This document shows positions 26,050 to 38,989 of a DNA stretch of 60,000 bases, in pieces (positions within the stretch are counted from its first letter, which is position 1; every line of letters starts with the position of its first letter). The stretch comes from Malacoraja senta (Eukaryota). Below the pieces are notes generated by a model. The model worked only from the letters and a program-made list of their open reading frames with translations. It was not told the DNA's origin and searched no databases. Made by a program: the position numbers and the translations under genes. Where the stretch lies: NCBI GenBank assembly GCA_038087875.1, contig CM075989.1, positions 9,922,001-9,982,000 of the forward strand. Reading direction: 5' to 3'.

Positions 26050-27214
26050 TTGGTGAATGGCACAAGCCTTGTTAGGTTAGTTTCTCCATGTTCTGCAATT
26101 AAAATGGTTGAATGACAATGTCACAACCAATGCTAATATTACTCTGAGAGTTGCCTTGAGGAAGATGGGGCAGTGACTACCTGTGGCAAATCAAGCTCCT
26201 GTGTGATATTTCATCTAACCTCTGGTGAATACACTATCTGAAAAGACAGGAGAAGCAGATTCACTAAAACTTGAAAACAATTGGATAAATACATGAAAGG
26301 AAGCAATTACAAAAAATGGGTAAACCAAGAAGTGGGATTCAATAAATTCAGCAAAAGGGGTGAATAACTTACTTTTGTTCACCGTCCTCAGATTTTGTGG
26401 TGCAAAAATAGATTACACAGTGCATGCACTATACCATGACAAAAATGTAACCACAAATAAATTATGGTAGTAAAGTCATAATTGATAACATGACAGCTAT
26501 TGGCTTTCCAACTTCCCGTAATTTTGAATTGTTATATTCCAGGAATCACCATTCAATTGTAGAATTTGCATTAAGTAATTTGAAAGTGCTCTCTAAACAT
26601 ACCAAATTCTGAAATCATGCTTCCTTAATGTGCTTTCAATCACCCATCCCATCAACCCCCCACTTGTATCTTTCTTGTAAACGTTTCTAAAAACCTTCCT
26701 ACTTATTGATTTACAGTAAACTTTCTCCACAGTGTAAAGTATATAGTAAAAAAAATGTTTAAGGTTTCAAATGCAATGATTAAATCTAGCTCATAGGTCT
26801 AAGGTTTGTTTGACTATGTTTTTTTAGCTTTAGAGCAAAGTTTTATAAGAAGGGAGGGCAGAAATAATGATGTTGATATAATTACATATCTTTTCCTTTA
26901 AATAATATTAACCATTTTACTGTTTTACTCATGGTTACTATATGCTAGAGAGCAGGAAACTGAAGCATCAACTCCTTCAATTAGTAATTAATTTTTAAAC
27001 ATCACTCACAGTATGCTTTGTAAAGTACAAGGAAAACCCATTAAACCCATTAGTCAGCAATTCACTAGTTAATATGATGATATATTTCACATGAGAAAGC
27101 CTTCTATGTCGATGGAAGACACTTCTCCCTTGCACTACTTCAGTTAAGGATCACTTTGACAATAAGAACACCTATGTCAGGATGACCACAGTTTAGCCTT
27201 TAACGCTATAATAC

Positions 27215-28990
27215 CGAATAAACTAATCTCTCCAAGCCTGGATCATGGCCCTGGGGGCTTCTGGATTTCCTGACTGGCAGACATCAGTTAATTAATATTG
27301 GTCAGAACATTTCCTCCACCCTGACCTCAACACTGATGCTCTTCAGAGTTGTGTACTCTGCCCCCTGCTCTACTCCCTGTGCACCCATGATTGTACATCA
27401 ATCTTTAAGTTCACCGATGATACCGCAGTTGTTGGTGGGATCAATGACAATGATGAGACAATGTACAGGAAAGAGATTGGCAACTGTGTCATAGTTGTAG
27501 AACAATAACCTGGCCCTTAACTCCAGCAAATGATCGAGTTGGCTGTCGACCTGAGAAAGTGGGGGTGGGGGGGTTGGATGAGGCAGGGTGGTGAACACAA
27601 CCCTGCCCTCATCAATGGAGCTGCTGTAGAGATGATCAACAGCTTCAGGTTCCTTGGCATCTGTATCACCAGCAACCTAACCTAGTTCCCTTCACATTGA
27701 TGTGATGATCAATAATGCACATCAGCGTATTTACTGTCTTAGATGTCTGAGATACATAGATACATAGATACATAGAAAATAGGTGCAGGAGTAGGCCATT
27801 CGGCCCTTCGAGCCTGCACCGCCATTCAATATGATCATGGCTGATCATCCAACTCAGTATCCCGTACCTGCCTTCTCTCCATACCCCCTGATCCCTTTAG
27901 CCACAAGGGCCACATCTAACTCCCTCTTAAATATAGCCAATGAACTGGCCTCAACTACCCTCTGTGGCAGAGAGTTCCAGAGATTCACCACTCTCTGTGT
28001 GAAAAAGTTTTTCCTCATCTCGGTCTTAAAGGATTTCCCCCTTATCCTTAAGCTGTGACCCCTTGTCCTGGACTTCCCCAACATCGGGAACAATCTTCCT
28101 GCATCTAGCCTGTCCAACCCCACAAGAATTTTGTACGTTTCTATAAGATCCCCTCTCAATCTCCTAAATTCTAGCGAGTATAAGCCAAGTCTATCCAGTC
28201 TTTCTTCATATGAAATGCCTATGAGCAGGCACGGAAATCACTCTCAAAACATGGGGAGGACACAATTTCTTGACACACGCGAGGCTTCGGCCATGGGCCC
28301 TGTGGATGGTAACATCGGGAGCTGACCTAGTTGGTGACCGACTCCGAACTCCAGCAACAGCAGCTTCGTCCGCCCCGAATCGTTGGGCTTCAATCGACCC
28401 GTTCGCGGGAGCTTCAACATCGGGAGCCTCGATCGCCTCGACGAAGCAATTTGACCGCGGGGCGGTGGAAGATCCCACGACCGGCCGCACTGGGCGATGA
28501 AAAGCCCCGCGAACGGGCCGATTCAGGATCCACCAGGACGTCTCCCTCCTCCAATCAACGCGCTCTATCCTCAGTACCACCCCCGTACGTCCGCCTCTGA
28601 CTGACACCTCCTTCCTCCAATGATCGCGCTGAATCATCATGGTCCCCCCCCCCCCCCCCCACTGCCTGCTGACCGACGTCTCTCTCGCCTGTCCCCCCCC
28701 GGGATTTCCACCCCGGCCTATGAGGATTTTCTTGAACTTCCTCAAATGCATTTGTAAAGTGTTCTGACAGGATGCATCTAAGCTTTGAAAGGTCATTTCT
28801 GTGCTCCTGGCTTCAACCTGCAAAGAGTGGTGCACATACCCCAGTACATCGCAGGCTTGCCACTTCCTCCCATCCAGTCTATCTTCATAATGCATTGCAT
28901 CAGGAAGATTGGAAGTATTGTCAAGGATGACTGCCACCTGGGCCATTCCCTTTTCTCTCTTCTACCTTCTGGGAAAATATATAGGAGCAC
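27215..28990 (+). mobile_element. Degenerate Rex1/Babar-type LINE interrupted by a minus-strand CR1 3' end (about 27750-28213) and a GC-rich insert (about 28260-28740)
   Basis: Remnants of QxCVLxPLLYSLxTHD and KFxDDT at 27340-27425, and LQRVV…GHSLFSLLPSGK at 28815-28980. The CR1 ORF reads MRGDLIETYKI. Confidence 0.75.
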
Positions 28991-29879
28991 ACAACATAAA
29001 ATAGTTTTGTCTTCCTCTGATTCTTACATCAGTTCACACTTTATTCATCCTCTCAAGACCTTGGCAAAATAGACCAGCAACAGAGCACTAGAGGGAGTAA
29101 ATTTTGAGGCAATAATATTAATGAATCAAGTGAACGATTAAATGTTGTGTTCCATACATTGATCTGTGTAGCATTATGCATTGTTCTCAGCACTAACCAT
29201 CATATGATAAACTTTTTTTTTTGAAGTGTCGAAAATGTTTGACCATTACTGTAATGAATTGTGCCAGACATTTAACAGTCACAAACAACCCTTGCACATG
29301 AATCAACCTTCACATCAGATGCATATCAAATCATTGGCAGGAAATTAATCTATGTTGATCTAGTAATAGTTGTCACAGGGCACTGCTGGAGGAACCAGCT
29401 TTTAGTAATGTGGTATTGATACTTTGGACTGGATTCAACTTGGGTAATCTGAAATGCCTACCTTCTCATCTTTCACTACACTTTCTTCACTATTCACCGA
29501 GGTAGCAATTGATCTCATCCCCTGATTCCCTCCATTCTCTGACCCCCAGATTCAATATGGTTTGATCAGTCTCCAACTACTCACCCAATTAAATCCTGGA
29601 TCCAGCATTGATCCATGGCATGCAAAAGAAAATGAGCATTGACTATAGTTGCAGCAGCAAACCAATGATCCTGAAGAGCAACTTTTGGGGTATACATCGA
29701 TTTCTAGGCTGATCTGACTTATAGTCAATGATTTGATCTAAATGCTACAGAAAACTGTAATAATATTGGTAAGGAACATTCACGTGTATGACTATAATTC
29801 AATCTCAGGGTTCTCATGATTGCACTTGTACTGAAATACATCAGTTGCTTATGTCAGATGTTGTCATCACAGTATTACT

Positions 29880-29975
29880 GAGTCTGAAGAAGGATATCGA
29901 CCCAAAACTTTGCCTATTTCCTTCGCTCCATAGATGCTGCCTACCCGTTGAGTTTCTCCAGCATTTTTGTCTACC
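29880..29975 (+). mobile_element. 96-bp Penelope-derived module with a 12-bp target-site duplication
   Basis: Flanked by cacagtattact at 29868-29879 and 29976-29987. Confidence 0.85.
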
Positions 29976-30648
29976 CACAGTATTACTCTACATGGATTGA
30001 CCACACAATGCTTTCCTCCAATCCCATTTCATCTCCCTGACTGTTATTACTGAAACGTCCCCCAAGGAAGGTAATTCACTCAAGGTCAACAAATTATTTT
30101 AAAGAAAAACTTGGGGCTTTATATGATGGGAAGAGAAATTGTAATTTACATGGTGCTGCAACATTTTCATGATAGTGGAGCGTGATAGGAAGCAAAGAAG
30201 TCCATAAGAAGTGGTCAAAAATTATAGATGATCTCTATAATTGGATTGGTTTACGTAGGCTGAAAGGCTTTTCCTTGTTCACATTCCTGTATTCGAATGA
30301 TCTAATTGAGGACTATGGCAAGTAAACAGGATCCCAGGGGAAATTACAAAAACTATGTGTTATGTTTGCATGAACTGACAATCTTTTTGTCACAGTCACC
30401 CACTTCTGCTCAGTAATGCAATTTTATTCACAAAGGCGAACAATTTCTTTCACCCGATTAATCAAAACCATTTTCTTAAGTTTCAATCAATGTTAACCCA
30501 ATATCCTGCAAAGCAATCTTTACAGTAGACAGGAAGGCTCATTGTAAGGATCCCTACCCTAGGATTTTGAAGTACAATGTGGTGTCTTGATTGTGATCAA
30601 CACTGCAAAGACACTTTTAAACTATATTATTATTCTACCTTTTCATAC

Positions 30649-30863
30649 CTTTGGCTCATGAAAGTCGTATGGGACTATTTCTTTATCAAGCAGACGTTGA
30701 GCTGCATTGTAGTCCTTCATTGACGATGTGGTCATGACAGAAGGTGCAGGAGTAACAGTGCCCCTGTTGAGTGGTGGTTTGGAAACCACCCTGTCTAGAG
30801 GTTTTGATTCTTCAGGACCGGACTCACTAATCACTATGTAGTATGATTTTTGAGGATAAGAAC
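30649..30863 (-). CDS. IQCH: IQCH coding exon 8, divergent linker (SYPQKSYYIVISESGPEESKPLDR...YDFHEPK)
   Basis: tttccag| acceptor, AAG|gtatga donor, 215 nt, open frame. Phase 1-0 exactly bridges exon 7 and exon 9. Confidence 0.8.
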
Positions 30864-31095
30864 CTGGAAACCAGTAACAGCAATTTCATTTTAGAAGATT
30901 TTATATTATTTATACTGATTACAAACAATAATTTAAAAGTTAAAAACATTATGGGAAATGTTCTGATCATAAGCGGGACCTTGTTTCAGCCAGACAGTTA
31001 TAAAATAGTGCATGTGATTCTGTAACATTTCACTAAGGTTAGGATTTTAATAAGTGTCATTTGGGTTCCAATAATAGCATTACACTATTTCACTA

Positions 31096-31118
31096 TCATA
31101 TAACTATTAATAAGTCTG

Positions 31119-31189
<71 letters not shown>

Positions 31190-31321
31190 TGTGTCTGTGT
31201 CTGTGTCTGTGTCTGTGTCTGTGTCTGTGTCTGTGTCTGTGTCTGTGTCTGTGTCTGTGTCTGTGTCTGTGTCTGTGTCTGTGTCTGTGTCCGTCCGTCC
31301 GTCCGTCCGTCTGTCTGTCTC

Positions 31322-31354
<33 letters not shown>

Positions 31355-31832
31355 GTGTGTCTCTGTCTGTCTGTCTGTCTGTCTGTCTTTTTTTGAAATG
31401 CACTCGATGAAACGAAGCGCTAACGGTAAAACGTTAGCATATTCCGGTAGAGATTTATCCCGTGAAATCAAACATTGCATTATTTCTCGTTATTTATGAA
31501 AATGTTCAAAAATCTCTAAAAACTGGGGGGAAAAACAACTGTCTTTCACCTATTCCCTGTGCTTAGCCCTGCTCGCAACATTGTTGCTATCCAAGTACAC
31601 TGAGAACTGCTAGCTAGCAAGTGCAAATGCATTTATTTTTGAAGATGCTATTGGGATTTTTTTTCCAACTCTAGTGCTGCGGAAGGCTCATGAGCTATGA
31701 TCTTTGCTGAGGAGTGCTCAAATCTTACCTTCGGCAATGGGTTGAGTTGGAGGACCACGCCTCCCGTGGGGGCTACGGGTAGTGGACGGGTGCATTGGGG
31801 GAGCAGACCCAACGGGTCTGCACTTGGTCTAG
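31096..31832 (+). mobile_element. Non-autonomous Helitron with an expanded (GT)n/(GTGTCT)n/(GTCC)n/(GTCT)n tract
   Basis: 3' hairpin GCAGACCC-AAC-GGGTCTGC followed by acttggtCTAG|T. The 5' end A|TCATATAACT is approximate. Microsatellite at 31133-31387. Confidence 0.8.
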
Positions 31833-32139
31833 TGTTAATATAATTTTGAGGTTTGCAAATTTTATTTATATTATAAAACTTCAGACACATATATCGAGCT
31901 GAAGTAAGGCCCTTGAATTTTAAATCTTGAAAACTTACGCTAATGGTGGTATCATGTGCATTGTTAATTTTAATTGCTCCACTATTTAGAGGTCATACGT
32001 AGCTGCGTTGGCACTAAACTATAATTCCTTCCCTAAATCTTTCTAGATTTCTATGTCTATCTCCTCCTCACCTCTCTTGGTCCACCCACAATGTATGTGG
32101 CTCAAGGTCAAACATCGATTGATAATATCCATGTCATGC

Positions 32140-32392
32140 CTTGCAACATTTTGTTCTCTCTTGGCATTCCTGATAGCCTTACGGATCATACTTGGCCTTC
32201 TTGTACAAAATGGGGCGTCCCTCTTGTCCAAGCATCGGATCAGGATTTTAGCAGAGAGTCAATCTCCCTGTTTATCTGGTTTCTGGTTAGGATTGACCCT
32301 AATTATCTTTCACAGAACGCAGTCGTCAATCTTCTTGATTAGTCGGGTGACAACTGCATTTAATTTAGTACCACTGGCAGTCTGCTCCATGC
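32140..32392 (-). mobile_element. Degenerate Rex1/Babar-type LINE fragment
   Basis: Minus frame reads IKKIDDCV*KIIRVNPNQKP…IRKAIRNAKR with stops. Confidence 0.7.
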
Positions 32393-33413
32393 AGGTTGCC
32401 AATGGTATTTACCTGTAAAACAGTGTCTACATTTGCAAAAAGTAATTGTTCATGAAGCTGTTTGCCAGAAATCCTGTAACTACAGGAAAAAGTACTTTTA
32501 ATAGTTCATGAAAATAACATGACTTCAGATTCTAATTATTGAGACTCTTTTTTCCTCGGAGAGTTGTTTAAGGGGAAGGTTGAAAGAGTAAACATTCTCA
32601 ATCCTTACCCTGTGGTACAATGACTCAGGTTAGCATTGCCACCAGCCACACTGAAACCAAAGCCCAAAGGAATACAGTGCACCAGTAAACTAGTCTTTTT
32701 TTTAACACCACTACCCAATTAATTTTTAATGTATAGCCTAAACAGAATAGTTACAAAGACCTATTGGATGATGATTTATACCCTGCTTGTGACACTGACC
32801 TTAACTCTTCCATGACTTTCCCTCTCATGAGCCAGGTTACTTATAGGACATGCATCATATTTTGCAGTTCCTCATAATGTAGCCACTGTTTACTGCTGCA
32901 AAATTCTACATCATACCAATGAATTGTGCACCACATATCATCTATATTCCTGCATTTCTTTACATTCTTTCTATGCCTAACAACTAATCTCAATAAAATA
33001 ATTTTCTTTTTAATAAGAAGAATGATTTCAACAAAGACAGTTTCCTTTCAATACTTTGCTTGTGGTCTCTAAGTGCGTGAGTCCAGACAGTGAATCTTGA
33101 CAGTTCAACACAGCTGGATATTAAAAATCAGGGAAACAGTTTTCTTCCATCGTACATGTATACATACATACACATTTACACATATGTACATAAAATCACT
33201 TAGGGGAGGGAATTTAGAAATGGTCAGGAGTAATCCAGAGGCCCCAAAGTTAACATTATGGTCTCAAATGTTTTTGTGAACAAGAGCAATTAACTCTGCA
33301 TCAACTCAAATGGCACCTCGGACTTTAAAAATTGTGCACTGGTTCTAGTTCTACACCATACATTTTTTAGTTTCTTTAGATGAAAAAACAAAGATTATTT
33401 ATTATTTTTTTAC

Positions 33414-33551
33414 CATATATTTCCGGAGGTGGCTTTTTGTATTTCTCTTGGCAGTCATGCATAATTGCCAGTTTGTGTTGGATAGGAGATGGGTCAAGGG
33501 TCAACTCAGATCCTTGAGGAATGAGACCACGTTCAGTCAAACTAAGGATAC
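33414..33551 (-). CDS. IQCH: IQCH coding exon 7 (GILSLTERGLIPQGSELTLDPSPIQHKLAIMHDCQEKYKKPPPEIY)
   Basis: cccttctag| acceptor, |gtaaaa donor, 138 nt, phase 1-1. GILSxxERGLIP is a conserved IQCH motif. Confidence 0.95.
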
Positions 33552-34337
33552 CTAGAAGGGAAGAAAATATTATTAAAGATAAGTGCGAATATTGCAGGAT
33601 GACTCTATTAGAAAACAGTATGTTGTAGATGTAGTGAATTGGATGGCACTGTGAAGTAGATTCTGGGCCTCACCTCCTTAATATAGGTACAGGTCAATCC
33701 AGATTGATTGGCCTGAATTTGATCATGGCCTGTTCAAGATGCTAAGGTGTCATTAAAATGATTCCACCAGTAGCTGGTAAAAGGCCTGCTACTCTTTCAC
33801 CACACGTCCAATTAATGAGGAATGGGGGCCAGGCTTTTGTGGCAGGGGGAAGAGGATCAAAACATAAAAGACAGCATTCTTCAATGCTTAACAGATCATC
33901 ACAAAATAATGGTTCTTCAAAAGTGCAATAAAAAAGCTTATAAAATCATATTACGTAGGTATCCTAAGTTTCCTCATTGTATTTAGGCCAACTTTTCAGA
34001 AGATCATAAATTACTCAATCTTGGTTTAGAAAGCACAAGCTCAGAAACTGATGCCAAGTACACATTATAAGGATGGGTTTTTGAGCCATAATGTGAGGGG
34101 ACTGGGGCAGAATTAGGACAGCAAATGTGCCAGCTTGGAAGAGGGCATAATTATGTTTGAGCCCTGCTCTAGAGGACTCAATTGTTGCTATTGCATATCA
34201 AACTACTAAAGAAGGCTGAATGAACCACACTAAGAATTGCTAGGTCCACTGAACTGTCTGCTGGTGGATGTGCACCAATGACAGAGTCCTCCAGCTCCAC
34301 CTCAGACCTGACCATAACATCCTGCAACATTGCTCAC

Positions 34338-34458
34338 CTTTTTTTGCATCTTTTTCAGACACAAATGGAGGAAGGAGAGATGGATCTTGACGGTGGGCTG
34401 GAGGCAAAACAGTGATTGGGGAAATTGTCGTGCCTTTAGCAAGTTTTTGTGAAGGTAT
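34338..34458 (-). CDS. IQCH: IQCH coding exon 6 (IPSQKLAKGTTISPITVLPPAHRQDPSLLPPFVSEKDAKK)
   Basis: tttcccacag| acceptor, |gtgagc donor, 121 nt, phase 0-1. KLxKG..TVLP..H..DP..DAxKG pattern as in IQCH. Confidence 0.93.
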
Positions 34459-37400
34459 CTGTGGGAAAGAAAGTATGAATTATTAATTTTTCCATTTTAT
34501 GAGATAGTAACTAAACTTTTTAAATGAAATTTCATGTGAATATTACACACTAATCAGCCAAAAATAATTAGCTTATTTGGTAGGTTTTCTATTTGTAATT
34601 GCTACTAATGTGAAAATACACGTAATATTTTTAGTTTCTTCAGTTCAACTCTGGCCATTCCAATAATGTGATATGCACCCCATCAGAATGATAACTATGT
34701 ACATGATAGCTTTATATTAATGAAGCTCAGACATATCCAAGAATCACCCATCTACACTATTGCTCCTTAGCATCTTTCTGTTTACGGTCTACCTGTTTAG
34801 AAGATAATGAGAGAGCCATAATTTATTTTGCTGTTGCTTTCTTCTTGGTACACAGTACAAATAAGGTAAGGAAGGGTGTGTTATTATGAGGTGCAGTTAT
34901 ATTAGCACGCACATGGAAAATGTAATGGTATGAAAATAGAATGATCGGTCTTATCGGTTCAGCTTTCTTTTCATTTAATTGAACGTGGCAACCACTGATT
35001 TAAAATATTTCATTTAACAGGTACAGAAAAATGAACCACTCTGTAATAATCCTTTGCAGTACAAGAGGATATAGTTATCCAGTTCTGTGGGTATGACATT
35101 GGAGATGACAATGCATATTATAAAAAGATTACCAGTAAACATCAAGACACATGTACCTAATTAAACTTTTTGAGTAGAGGCTGTACCCCATCCTCTATTT
35201 CAAGCACTTTTAACACCATACATATCTTAGAAATGTTGCTCAGGATTTTGAATGAAAAGTATTATTTTGAAATATAGTGACTCGTAATATGCAAGAAAAA
35301 TGAGCAATCACAGCAAATCTGTAAAATAAATGATTGCTGCATATGTCTGCCACTTTTTTCTCTGGGGACTGTAACAAAAATTAAACACCGAGTAAGAAAT
35401 AACAATGCTTCAAAATAGAGGACAATACCATAGGGGACAAATGTGGAAACTAGAATTAAAATCAGCAAACAATTACCATTTCATTACTCATTTGCAGGAA
35501 TTGTGACTGGCTTGATGATGTGGCATAAATTGTCGACAGAATATTCTTGATGCAGAACTTTATTGAAATTTCAGGTGCTGTTGTGTGAGAATTTAAAAAA
35601 AAAGCAGAGATAGCATAAAGCGAATGAGAGTGAAAAATAAAAAAAAGAAGATATGTGCTGGCTGATATTGTTGAAAATGTCAGTTCCAGGCAGAAGTCCA
35701 GCTTGCACCAGTCAGAAAGTATGGACCTATCTTATTGTAATTCATAGCTGGACCTCTGTCGTGCCCACAGACAGCTGTAAACCAACAGCCCATAGCATCC
35801 CAATCAGGCACCATGATACCGAAGAATGCTGAAACATACTAGAACACTATTACTGCATCCATGCAGCACGTTTCTTTTGCACCCTGCGTGGCTGAATGAC
35901 AGACTTGTCTTATATTCCAGATGACAAGCGCTGGATAAAAACTTAAACAAATGGTGACCTTTAGAAAGATTAATTTGTTTACCAACAAATGTTCTTCTGT
36001 CATAAAAGATGGGGTGACCTTCACTTCCCAATGCCTGGTTGAGAGTATACTGATTGTAGTCATCTGTTCCTTAGCTCTGTCTTGGCAACTATCTCCAATT
36101 TTTGTTATGACACTGTATTAATTTGTGTATTTCTTGTAAAGATTTTCTGAATGCAATTGTTGAATTACTGTAGTGCAACCAAAATCTAATGGATTAGACA
36201 TATGCCAAGTCTCATAGAAGATAAATAATCTATAAATATTGACTGCAATTTTTTTATTATGAAATACCAAAAATTAAAATGAATAGAGCTAAGATATATT
36301 TATGTACCATGGCTACTGGTAAATAATAATACAAGCTTTTGTATTTGGGCATATATTAATAGTGCTCTTCAGATGGTGATTTTACTTTTCAATACCATTT
36401 TCATCCCTTCATTTTAAATGCATACTAAGACTTTTAGTACAAGCATCTCAAAAAAATCTAAATATATTCTGGAGAGTTAGAGTGAAATTGCTGAATAATG
36501 TCTGCTTATAGACCAATCAAATGTTTTTAATGGAGTTTAAATAGTCAAAGAACAAGGGAAATTGCAGCTCTACAAATCACAACTTTTAAATGTGATAAAA
36601 AGGAACTGCAAACACCAGTTCCTAACCAAAGGTAGACACAAAATCTTTCCCAACCTTTAAAGTTGCTCTTTAAGATAAGGGTGTGTGTGAAAAATAAATA
36701 ATTCTTAAGTGAACAGACTTCAATCATCCTGTTGTTAAATTAGCAAAATTATTTAACCAATTTGGCCACTTCAAACAATTTATCAGTTCTGATCGAACCA
36801 CTCACATTACAATAACTACTGAATAGGATATAAACAGTGCAGAAGTCAAACAAGAGGTAACAATACCAGGATAAAAACTCTCACTGTTCCAGTTTTGTTA
36901 AGCTTCCCTAACAAAGTATTTTTTTACTGCACGTTATTGCTTGCACCAATCTCTGAGGCTGCTTAACAATTGTCTGCCTACTAATGTTATGGTTTGTTTT
37001 ATGCAGAGCACCACTAGCCAAGCTTCAGATAATATTGTACATTGGGGAACATTTTCCTTTCTTTCCTCAAAGAGTGCATAATTATATTTTTGGTGGTGTT
37101 TAATATTCAAAATTGTGCATGTCCTGATTTTACTGTGACTGAATTTACGCAACATGAATTTGCTAATGGGAACAACAAGAAAAAAGTATCAATTACGATA
37201 TACCTGTAATAATCTCATTTCACATTTCTCAAGCAGCTGATGAGCTACTTATCTAGTATAAAAGTTAAAAACCCAGTTAGTCTGGCTGTGCATTAATAAT
37301 ATTCATTCACAAAAAATATTTACAAATGATTACACAAAATATTTCCTAAATTGGGTTTAATAATTTAGACATACACTTCGGTCATGTTGTTTTGCTTACA

Positions 37401-38989
37401 TGACAACTGAAATCTGAATCAGCCTTTTAAATATTGTCAGGCTGCAATAAAGTGAGATCTTGTTTCAGATGAGCACAATTGTGCCTTAACATTGAGATAA
37501 AAGACCAAAGTAGAAACAAATGTCTTTGAAGGTTTTCGTAGTTTTAGTTAGACATTAACATTTTTTAATGAAAAAAAGAAATGGATGACGGTTTCAAATT
37601 CAGGCTGTACAAATTCAGGCTGTTTTACTTTGGAAGTGAAGCATATGCTGTGGAATATTTAAGTTTTAGTACTTACAGACAAAACTTTACAGCTATATAT
37701 CCACAGTGAACACTTTTTCAAAGGATGTAGAGAAAAGGAAGAATTAATAAAATTATTAGGATGCAAAGAAAACATTCCTAAAACTGAAATATTCAGTGGT
37801 ATCAACGGCTGCTGTTATTTTAAGCCACAAGGCACAGCAGGAGGGAACACATTGTACGGATACAGGTACCTACAAATAGTAAGCCTTTCAATGGTATAGT
37901 GACCATAATAGGAAAAGATTTTCCCTGAAGTCACAGCATCAATGTACTCACCAGGTCTTTTCTTCTAACCACAGAAAAAAACCCAAGCGTTGAGAAATTC
38001 TATTGCACTGTAATTGACACCCTTGGTGGTGTATCATTAACTGTTTCAATTTTGGATGAGGTGTTGAACATTTTAGGAACCACAAAAAGTTAATGTTGAA
38101 GCATGCTCAATTGAAAGGGGGGATAGATGGGCTGGTAGCAGGCGTTACACCATGGACTGGCACCTGGAGCCAGTTATGTAACCTCAGTAGATCTCAGTGG
38201 GGGGTGTTCCATTTGTGGCCTTTGTTTATGGGAAGGAAGGGATCAGAAGGAAGATCAGGTGTGGAGCTGGGTTCAGAACAAAAGAAGAGGGTGGAGTGGG
38301 GTGGGGTGGGGATGATGGTACTTTTTGGTAGGGCGAAGTTAGAAGGTGTTTTCGACATAAAATGTATTGGATCCCAAACTCAATTCTACTAATATGCAGT
38401 AAAGAATAATGATGGCCACGACCCACAAATTTGCTTAATCTGCCCCTCAACATTCCACTGTATGAGAAATTTCTGTTTCAGGTATATGAAGAATGGTTTC
38501 AACCAACATGCAACTGATGCAGATATCAGATTAAGAGTACAAGGATGAAGAAGAACCAGTTGGATTTCCAGGGTGCCGTGATTCGAAACAGAAATGGCCC
38601 CAAATGCAACCACTCGAGGTAAAAAAAATTTTTTTTTAAAACATATGGCACTGATAAAAAAAAGACCTGTTTTATACAAGTGAACTTCTAGGCCAAGTTG
38701 CCCGCAGTGTGTGCAGCACACAAAAGATTAAAACAGCTGTAACCATTAACATCTGTTTTCTATCAGTAGTGTAGGGACAGAAACCTGACAATATACAAAA
38801 AGTGACATGAATGTGGAAACACTGGAGACAGCAGCAATCACTGCTGATGGAAATGTTTGTTGAAGACAAATGATGGATGAAATTGATTAGTAAGACTGGA
38901 TGTTACAATCCCTAAGGTTCTTCTGCCAAAGGATGTTACAGTCCAGACCACAACTGACACCCGGTATTCTTGGGGGTGACCACTAGGTG

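Noticed and set aside
28206..28946. 246-aa minus-strand ORF
   Set aside because: It spans unrelated repeat fragments and a poly-C run, and GC-rich sequence lacks stops by chance.
31061..31499. CV/TD/HR-repeat ORFs
   Set aside because: Microsatellite artefacts inside the Helitron.
32053..32418. 121-aa hydrophobic plus-strand ORF
   Set aside because: It is the antisense shadow of a decayed Rex1/Babar LINE frame.
35477..35577. Possible extra IQCH exon (cag|…|gtaatt)
   Set aside because: The 101 nt are open only in phase 1-0, which is incompatible with the phase 0 junction between exons 5 and 6.
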